Shown in pieces: positions 40,579-50,005 of a stretch of 64,000 bases of DNA; the stretch's first letter is position 1; each line of letters begins with the position of its first letter. The stretch lies in the NCBI GenBank assembly GCA_012295275.1, contig CM022671.1:7440001-7504000 (forward strand), written 5' to 3'. The DNA comes from Chrysomallon squamiferum (taxonomy: Eukaryota > Animalia > Mollusca). The translations under genes were made by a program, and so were the position numbers. The notes under the pieces are model-generated. The model made no database searches, was not told the origin of the DNA, and saw only the letters and a list, made by a program, of their open reading frames with translations.

Positions 40579-43500
40579 TGAGAGAGAAAGAGATGCACAT
40601 CGAGGAAAACAGCAAATATGCAGTGATCAACACATATGTATATGAAATGATATCATGAAATTGGAAACAAAACAATCTATATTTAATCTTCGTTAGTTTA
40701 TTTTATTTTATTATTTGTTCCCCATACTTTACTTTCATACATAAATTCACAGGTTAATTGGAAGGTTAATACTGACCTCCATGACCAGGTAGACATGGTT
40801 AGTTGTTTCCTGAAATAAAATTTAGAAACACAGCTAAAAGGTATATCAGAAAAGTCATTTTAATGTTTTCACATCTTTTAATTAACAAAATTAACTATTA
40901 GTATAATAATGTTCATATATTTACCCCTTCAGATGGCTGCAGCAATAACCACTAATTGAACTTTTTATTCTTTGCAGCATGTTTTGTTTTTACTGTACTG
41001 TTTACATGACTGTTTTAATACAAAACTGTAAATATTTAAAACTGCAAAACTGCTATACTGTTGTTTTCATAAACATACGTATATCACAAACAATTACACC
41101 GATATTAAACAGAGATAAATATGTGAAGATATTAATAAATCTCTTTACACTATAAATTAAAACATGGTTTGTGGTGGTGTAAATTAAATAAATAAACAAA
41201 TAATAATAATTTAGAAAATTAAAAAATTAAAAATTAAAATAGATATAAATTTATAGTGATTTGAAAAAATGTAATGTTTTTGTTGAAGGAAAAGCAATAT
41301 TATAAACAATTTAAATTTATTTTTAAACGTCAGTTCAAAGAGATTTAATGATTTTGCCAGAAGAAATGTAAATAAACTTAAACACATTGAAATTGATTTC
41401 ACACAAATTTAAAAACAAAATCTAAACAACCACAGACATTCGTAACTGATACACAAGTCAAAATTTATGAAAAATTGCTCATTACAGACAGTGACATATG
41501 TCAGTGTCATTATGATAGATTAGTTTGCGACATGTCATGATGTATCATGTTGCCTAAAATGATTTCTAGGATTGTTTTGCTTCTCATAACATTAAATATT
41601 TGCCTGAATTTCATTATATATCGATATCTGTGTGGGTTCTGGGTGTAAAAATAAGAACCACCCACTGCCTGAGGGAGGTAAATTGAGTTGTCAGGGCAGT
41701 AAGTGTGATATGGAGACAGCCTAAAGCTAATATATAATGATAATGCACTGATATTTGATCATTTTCTGATTTTGGAATAATAATAATAATAATTGCTTTC
41801 CAGTGAATTTATCATTTCCAAAAAAAAAAAAATAATAATAAAATAAAAAAAAATAATAATAATAAAAAAAAATAATAAAAATAAATAATAATAAAAACAA
41901 TTTGTAAAAAAAAAAATAATAATAAAATTTAAAAAAATAAAAATAAATGATAAAAAAAAAAAAAAAAAAATAATAAAATTTAAAAAAATAAAAATAAATG
42001 ATAAAAAAAATTGTAAATAATAATAATAAAATAAAAAAAAAAATAAAATAAAAAATAATAATAAATAAAAAAATAATAATAAATAAACGAATAATAATAA
42101 TAAAAAAAAAAAAAAAAAAAAAATAATAATAATACAATTAAATGACTCTAATTACAATAAAACAAAACTGTTAAAATTTAAATATACCTTGCAATCCAGT
42201 AGACCAACAACATTCTCATGATGTAGATCAGATAATTCCTGGAAAAAGTTAAGACTTCATGTTAAAAATTAGGATGCATTTGGAAATTTCTATATTATCA
42301 TTTCTGTGTAAAGCATGTGTTGTTTTATTTTGTGAAAAAAAACTATTAATTTTTTGAAGTGTCTGATTTTCATAAAAAATATATTTAGTGCAAATTTTAA
42401 TATGTAAAAAAAAAAAATCAATAAAAATATTTAAAAAAAAAAATGTATATACACACATACATACATTTCTGAAAAGTTAATTCAAGATTAACCCGTTTTT
42501 AAAAATTTTATAATAAAGAATATTAATAAGAATAATTTTTTTTTTTTTTTTTTTTTAAATTGTCAGTTATAGAATTTTCACTGCTTCTTAATTAGAAACA
42601 TTAAGCATCAACATACCTTGAGAATTTTAATTTCTTTGCTGAGTAGTTGTTGAGATTTGGCGATGTTCTTCTTTGTTATACTCTTGATTGCTACAGCTAG
42701 ACTGGGTCTCTGTAACAGAAAAAAGAACAAAAAAATAAACAAATAAAATAAATTAATTAATATATATAAACAAAATTTTAAAAAAAGTTGAAAAGAAAAA
42801 AGATTTTTACAAAAATAATATTAATGATAATAATATCTTAGAAGTATACAATACCAGAAATATATTAATGTTTGTTTTGTTTTTTTACCAGTCCCCCCCC
42901 AAAAAAAAAAAAAAAAAAAATAAAAAAATAAAATAAACAACAATGAATATTGTACCACAGCTTAGTACATTGTACTTCTAAATAGCCCTACAATTTTTTT
43001 TTTTTAGGTTACAATAGGTCAGCTTCAGACTCCTTTCAAGAAAGCTTTCCACTGTTAAATAAATGACACTGTGTGTAATATGATGTCCTAGTTTTCAAGA
43101 TGTTGCTATTATTATATTAATATGTTGCATGTATCTGCATAGCATACATCATGTGGAAAGAAGTGAATTGTTTTTTTTATTAATGGAATAAACTAAGCAA
43201 TGAGCACAGCTATTTATTTATGTTATACCATGTGTAAATAAAAATGTGTGTGTATGTATTAAGAAATATGTTTGTAAAATAAAATAAAATAATAATACTA
43301 ATAAAAAAATTATACAAATAACAATAACAAAAAATTATACCAATAACAATAATAAAAACTTATATTTGCACAACATTATTATATACTATTATTAGTTATG
43401 AATAATATGAATTTTGCAAATATAAAGATGACATAATCACACCCATAAACAGAAAAAAAGGTGACATAATTACACTTAATAGTAACTAATGAGCCATATA

Positions 43501-43898
43501 TTTTGAAAGAAATTATATTTACTTTTTTAATTTTTAATAACAGTGCTATACTAAAAGTGTGAAACTATTATATAGGCCTACATATTCATGTAAACAAATA
43601 CAAATATTTTTTTAAATTATTATTAACACTTTGAACAACTAGTCCCAAACATCTATCCCATACCCTAAGCTTCCCTAACAAAATGGCTGAAATCAGTGAT
43701 ATTTACTTTTGGTCTTTACAAGCAGATTGACTGAATTTTTAACGACCATGGTATTATTAATGAAAACAAGATGAAAGCAACACATAACAATAAAACTTTT
43801 AACCTTTTGGGTAATAAATGTTTTGTATTTTTTTTTAATTTTAACTGCTGAGTTTGAAAGTATATAACAAAGAATAGAGAAATAATTTATGTTGCTGG

Positions 43899-43976
<78 letters not shown>

Positions 43977-46900
43977 ATACATGCTCGAACTGACTTTCAG
44001 TTTCAGTATTTTAAATTATTACAGGTGTAACTGTTACATAATTATGATAATAATACAAATAAATAAATAATAAAGCTCTTTAAATAAATAAAAAATAAAA
44101 ATACATGTCAACTGCACCCAAAATGCCTCTATAACTCAATGTAACAACATGGTGGTATAGCATTTATTTAATGACAAATCATTATTTTTGCTTTGAGCAT
44201 TGTAATACTGGTGTAATAAGTATATGGTATGTATTTCCTTGTCAGCTAACAATAGTACAAAGCATAACAGATGGTTTAGCATTATAAAATTATTGATTTA
44301 TATCTAACATGGTATTAACATTTAATAGTAAAATGTATTGAATAGATATTAAATATTCGTTTTATTTTATTGTCCCAAAGAGCAAACCTCTTTTTATTCA
44401 AATTTTATCTTAAATTAAAATGATCAACAAAGGCAACAACAATAACAATAGCAATAACAATAAGTTAATAATAACAAATCCTACTTAAAGTAATCTGTTT
44501 AAACAAAATTTAAGAATCTTTATACTTATAGTATAAAAAAATAAATTATTTTTATTTTTGCCTTTGTCTACACAAACACTGCTGACTGTAAACAGTACAC
44601 CATGACATTGAGTTGGTGTTACTGGATAAATTCAGTCAGTAGGTTACTGGTTTATTTATCTATAAATAGAAGGTTCGCTAAGGTTATATCTAGGGTTGTG
44701 TTTATAAACAACCTATCCTTTCCAGTCAGAATATTTTGTTTATGATGTAGATATCATGATTTTCCTTAAAGGACAAGATTGTTGAAAAACTGGGTTAGTC
44801 AACAAGCATCAGTAATTCTATTAAATGTCATAAATGAAATATAAACACATACATCATATAGAAATTTTGAATAAGGGTGCTAAGATTATGCAGGCAATTT
44901 ATGCTGTATTTTATAAAATAAAAATAACCTTGAGAATATCATTATATGGCTATGTGATTTAAAAAAATAAAGGGTTTATTCAGGAATTTTTTTCTACAAT
45001 TTCTAAACTAAAAAGTTTGTGTGTGTGTGTGTGTCAAAAAATACATTTTTCTAAATAAAGGATTTATTCAAGAAATTTACTGTAGCGAATCACAACAACT
45101 ATTTTTTCATATTATCAATTTAAAAATTTAGTATATCTTGTAACACAGTATCACACTATAAATAGGTGCAGCTATGCGTAAGTATTATAATTATTTACTG
45201 GGTGGATTTCACATATACACATTTAGAAACACTTAGTAATTGTCTATTAATGGAAAATGACTTTCTTTTGCACCAAACAGTGGGTGGTACAATATCAACA
45301 CTTATTTATTTATAGTCTTTGTATTTGTTTTATTACACACCCATACCAAAATTTCAGCTTTCATTTTTTGTTTCTTTATATAATAATTAATCATATGCTG
45401 CTCACTTTTATTTCTTATAAATAAAGTAATTCCTAAAACATAATGAATCAGAAATCAGCAACACATACAATTATAAAAAACAAAAGAATAAATAAACAAG
45501 CTTTTATTTTTAATTGTTTTTAAAAATACCTTATTATTTATTTATTTTTTTTATTTATTTATTTATTTTTTTATTTATTATTTTATTTTTTTTTTATCTT
45601 TGTTTTCTTTGTTAGAATATTTATCCTACATGTTGAAAAGTTGCTGCATTTGTATTGGTTGAAACTGTGTCAGAATCATAAATAACTCGATAACATCAGG
45701 TTTTGCTACAGGTGTGACTCAAACTATAATTTATAGTTTAATTTATAGCATAAACATCAAATATCTGTCAGCTATATGTATATATTTTTACCTATTTTTT
45801 TATGTTAATTTAGAGTTATAAAAACAACTGCTGTACATGTGACAGGAATAAAAATGAAAAATACTTATTTTGTTAATTAAGTTTTAATAATATGATCTTA
45901 TTAAAAAATAATAATAATAATAATAGTACAAATTTAATTAGAGTACTGTAAACTAGATATCATGGGTGATGTTTTTAAAGTATTATAAGATCAGATACAA
46001 AATTATATACATATATATATATATTTATTTATTCTACATAGGTTGAATTGTTGACAATTATTACTTTATAACATTTCTTTTATTCTTTTTAAAGATTTAT
46101 ATTCAGTTTTTCTTATGACTTAAGTTTTATTCTTAGTGTAAAATATTTCATTACTTTGTTTTCTTAAAATATAAAAAAATTAAACAATGTAAATTTAGTC
46201 AAATTTTATCACTTATTACTACATGCCTATATGTAAAGCTCAGTTAGTTACCTCTCCTTCATCTCAACATTTTACCAAAACCATTTAAAAAAAATTAAAA
46301 TTAATTAATTCATTTCTGTATTAAGGCATTTTCATGTCTTTGATACTGGTGAAAGTTTACATCCAAACTAGAATAAAAACAAACTAAACAAAAACAAATG
46401 CATTTTACACAAACACACATACACAATAAAACAACATCATTAATGCTATAGCTACTCTGTAATTCAATGTTTACAAAATACTACACAGCTGACAATATCA
46501 ATGTTTTTTTGTGACATTTTATCTTTTAGCAACTTTGCCATTTTAATTTATTTTACAAGTTAGTATTACAGTGGTGATCTGGGATACACTTGGCTGCAGG
46601 ATCAATCCTTTTCACATTTAGCCATGTTCTACTTAACCCAGTGTGACTGTCCAAAATGGTTTTATCAAGGGCTATGATATAAACTTCCATACATTAAAAA
46701 AAAGAAAAAGATTTCTTGCTGCTAGTTTTGAAAAGATAACCTACCATGTGGATATTTTGGTCAGGTTTCTTATCTCATATACTGTATGGCCCTTGACCAC
46801 ATAATTATATAAAGATATCATGTACAGTATGTTATTAACCCTTTCCATGCTACAAGCAGATATAGCAATTCAATTTTTTTATAATTTTAACTGTGAGAAG

Positions 46901-48073
46901 TAGTCACAAACCCAGAAAGTCTCAATATTTTACCATCCCTGCGTGTGTGCTACCATTAGTGGGGCAGTGCAACTGTTACTATTAGCTGTGTTGGTTTTGC
47001 TGGGAGTTATTTCTAATTATGCAGTGAAAGGGTGAAACAAATTCTTTGTATCTTTTTCTTTCTTCTTTTTGTTTTGCTTTTGAGGCATTTTTTGTTCTGA
47101 TCTGTCAAGATTATCTCCCAAGGTATCATTCTGGCCAAAAGCATTGTGTCAGATCTACCAGTTGTTTTAATGGCCAGAGGGAATCTAAAAGGTCAATGCA
47201 ACCATTTGTGGTCACTATTAGTACTTGAGGATACAAAATGGGATCAAAAAACAAAAATTTAATGATATTTTTTTATTAATCAACTGAAACAGTTATCTTC
47301 GACTGGTTTTTTATTATGATAACAGATCAGTTCTGCCTATATTCCATAAGACTGATTTTCACTGCAAGCATTTAGCATTTCCACATGCTTAACTGGCAAA
47401 TTTGTTTCCTCTTTGCTTTAGGAAAAAAACCTACATATTATTTGTTTAAAGCGTAATAAAATCAATGTTCTTAAATGCTTTGAGAATATCTCGACATGAT
47501 GTTCTGAAACATTGACAATTTTTTCGAAACAACCCAACAGAAAAGATACATACATACATACATATATATATATATACATGCATCAAAGAAATAGTATAAT
47601 CCAGTATATTCATGTATATCCATAATTACACAATGTCATTTCAGTTTTGGATATGTATCAGTTTAAAAATATAGATACAACTACTTCTGTATAATACTAA
47701 AAGTCTCTTCTGAACCTCACATCTTTTCTTATTTCCTTCGTCATAAAAACAACAGATCTACTGTAATGTTAAATGTAGGCTTTTGATTCTTTAAACATAG
47801 AAAAATTTGTATGATTTTATTTATGTCACTTATTTGCCTTTACGAAATATTTTTAATTTGAAATTAAACCAAACAAATTTCCATGGTCCCTACTCATACA
47901 ATAGCAAACAAAATGAAAATCATATATATTAAATAAAAAATATACGAGTCCCATCATAGCTCGTAACATAAAATAGTATTTACCTTTCTGCTTCTTCCTT
48001 TGAAAACAACAGCAAATGCCCCATGACCTATAAGGTCTTTTTTGTTGTATTCATAATCACCAATAATTTCCAT
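28123..48073 (-). CDS. ULK1: Serine/threonine kinase ULK1/ULK2 (Atg1/unc-51), about 967 aa; one frame break in exon 17
   Basis: 28 exons: 47984-48073, 42617-42709, 42188-42238, 40777-40809, 40307-40343, 39969-40019, 39359-39481, 38759-38832, 38106-38266, 37568-37650, 37196-37246, 36873-36991, 36526-36654, 36231-36273, 35994-36054, 35059-35314, 34839-34925, 34423-34542, 33544-33759, 32743-32868, 31968-32206, 31284-31409, 30818-30867, 30020-30138, 29595-29746, 29004-29048, 28648-28738, 28123-28199. Kinase motifs: [67 protein letters not shown]. Also the [22 protein letters not shown] and a C-terminal MIT/EAT region ([30 protein letters not shown]). Probably co-orthologous to vertebrate ULK1 and ULK2. 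Confidence 0.96.
29310..29540. repeat. Minisatellite, unit about 35-38 bp, about 6 copies
   Basis: Repeating GATAATAATCTTTAGCAAGTTAAATAACAGTTGAAATAG variants. Confidence 0.75.
30105..30516. repeat. Tandem duplication (period 193 bp) of the ULK exon 24 acceptor plus the first ~11 codons
   Basis: Real site GATATAATTTACAG|ACGACTGGAGCAGTTAGTCCTGTATGTGAGA versus copy GATATAATTTACAG|ATGTCTGAAACAGATACTTCTGCACATCAGA (minus strand). Confidence 0.8.
32845..33056. repeat. Partial duplication (period 153 bp) of the ULK exon 20 acceptor and 5' end
   Basis: 32845-32902 matches 32997-33056; the copy has AG changed to AA. Confidence 0.75.
33750..33992. repeat. Minisatellite (unit about 36-47 bp, 6 copies) derived from the ULK exon 19 acceptor
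   Basis: Repeating GTTGGWGCCTGTAAYAAAAATAATGGAAA on the + strand, which is TTTCCATTATTTTTRTTACAG|GCWCCAAC on the gene strand. Confidence 0.75.
35470..35795. repeat. Degenerate tandem repeat, about 122 bp x3
   Basis: TTAAATGATAATTTATGT..TAAYAACT..TTACTTTTAATGAAAAGCT recurs near 35487, 35607 and 35729. Confidence 0.7.
38455..38645. repeat. Degenerate tandem repeat, about 68 bp x3
   Basis: TAAACTTATAC..TAACCAAA..GAGGATTATAT recurs three times. Confidence 0.6.
43900..43974. repeat. (TG)n microsatellite
   Basis: Perfect dinucleotide run. Confidence 0.95.
46570..46830 (+). mobile_element. Old, degenerate SINE fragment (Nin/Deu-domain-like mollusc SINE)
   Basis: Collinear blocks GGATCAATCC (B-box-like), TGGTTTTATCAAGGGCTATGATAT, AAAAGATTTCTTGCTGCTAGTTTTGAAAAG and GGTTTCTTATCTCATATACTGTATGGCCCTTGACCACATA resemble a gastropod tRNA-derived SINE consensus as I recall it. 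Not verified by search. Confidence 0.5.
46839..47032. mobile_element. Degenerate piggyBac-type MITE in ULK intron 1
   Basis: TTAA|CCCTTTCCATGC ... GCAGTGAAAGGG|TGAA. The CCCTTT termini with a TTAA TSD (right copy with one mismatch) are typical of piggyBac. Confidence 0.65.
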
Positions 48074-49330
48074 TGGAACAGACTTGATTTTTAATTTTTT
48101 TTTATATTAAAATGTATTTAATATTCGTTAATGCAATAGACCGTTGAGCCATTGATAATTCAGCCACAATGGGGCTTTTTCTTTTCCCAAATATTACATA
48201 ATCAAAACGTAATGCTTAACCCTACTATCTCCAGTGACAACATCATAAATAATAAACAATATCTAACACGCAATTACTTAAAAGTTTCATTGATAAAGTA
48301 AACAGAGTAACCAAATTCAAAACGTAAATAATACTTCTGATGCCTCTTTTTAAAACATCTAATGACAGAAACCACCTGATTATGTTTGTGTTGTGACCGA
48401 ATGATCAGTGTGACCCTTCGCGATAAAATATAAATCCACAAATATAAATAAAATAGGCTAAATTACAGCGATGTCATTTGAGAAAGAATAACTGTTGTTT
48501 TTTACATTTATGTAACAATGAAATGAATCTATATAAATATCCTCATTTCTAACTAATAAATTAATCATATGTCGGTCACGTAAATCTTTCATTTGCATAA
48601 TTTATCACGAAGAAAAAGTAGTTCGGGCACCTTGTAATACCAGACAGATTTTTAACAAATATTACGCCTACAAACTGTTCAAATTCACAACTGAGAAACA
48701 GTCAAGTAAGAACTCACGCAAATTATCGCGAGAGCAACAATTTTGTTTGTAAAGTTCTTAGAAAGCACGTGGTAAAGAAATGATGCAAATTATGCGCTTA
48801 ATTACTCTATTGTTTACTTGTCACGCGTTAATTGACAAAATTGCATAACCGAGTATCCTGAGAACTAATTCATCATTGTACTTGACTTACTACAAGGATA
48901 GGTAAGCTAAACACCTGCTACCATTTCTCGTCGTTTCACTTTCTTGCATGTACTGCACAAACGATTGCAAAGCCAAAGCAAGACTGAGGTGAAATGCGTT
49001 GTTCGTAACAACACGGATTGAACGACTATGTTACCAGCTGTTATTAACACTTTTGACATATAACTAACATTACAAAAACGGTGAATTATGAAGCAAAAGC
49101 ATTTAAACAGATCAGCTGATGAAATACTGCAAAAATTAATAGTGCGCCAATTTTTGCAGTAAACAAACAATTAAACACGATTTTTAATTGAAATTTGAGA
49201 GTGACATGCAGTCTGAATTTGTACTAGATATTAACTGTCGACATTTATAGTAGTAAGATATTAGTTTAAGTTGAATTACAGAATTAATACATAAAAAATA
49301 CTACAAACCACAAGAGGTTGTTTACAAAAT
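48074..49330. promoter_or_regulatory. Bidirectional promoter region for ULK and AKAP1, including a candidate non-coding AKAP1 exon 1 ending at 48901
   Basis: CpG-enriched island between divergent genes. There is a donor AG|GTAAGC at 48901/48902, and the AKAP1 ATG exon starts with an acceptor at 49993. Motifs: GTCACGTAA 48575, CACGTG 48766, TGATGCAAA 48781, TTGTTTAC 48810 and 49318, GTAAACAA 49159. Confidence 0.6.
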
Positions 49331-50005
49331 GAAAAACCTATTTTGGTAATTTTTTATGGATTAAAAGACATATTTTAAAAAGAAAAATTAATTGCAGTTG
49401 GTAAATAATATTAATAAAACATACTTTTGCATTTCTTAGAAACTTGTTAGAAAAATTACTGTTTACAAACCATTTTGCTCTCAAGGTCAAAAATTATGAC
49501 CTATTAATTTTTTGTTGAAGGAAACTTTAATACATATATATTTACTATAAAAAAAGTATAGTAGGCTGTCTGCTTACAGCAGCTATAAGTATCGCCTTGG
49601 GATATGCATTTGACTACTATGATAAACTCCCAGTCTAATAAATACTTACAGAAATGTTGCAGAACAGCATTTTAGTTATTCTTCAATTTTTCTTAAGTCA
49701 CATAGTACAAATATATTAACTACTGTTTATTTATGACACTACATTCCAGATTTGATTCATGCTATATGCGCAAAACTGACTCATGAAAAAATGGACACAT
49801 TTAACATTCAAAATTGAATATTGTATTTAAAATTTTTATCATCACAAATGCATTTATTTATTATATATAATTGATTCTTTTTTCTTTTCTTTTGTTTTAA
49901 GCAATAAAAAAAACAGTGCTTTTGAAATTTTATTTTTGCTGGTGAAAATGTGAGGATTTGTTGGCCTAAACTGTCTAATTGTTTTTATTTCAGCATCTGA
50001 GCATC

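Noticed and set aside
41727-42137. 136-aa F/I/Y-rich ORF
   Set aside because: Low-complexity poly-A/AAT intron sequence.
48907-49170. 87-aa minus-strand ORF in the promoter region
   Set aside because: Non-ATG start, no recognisable motifs or splice structure, and it lies in the presumed AKAP1 intron 1.
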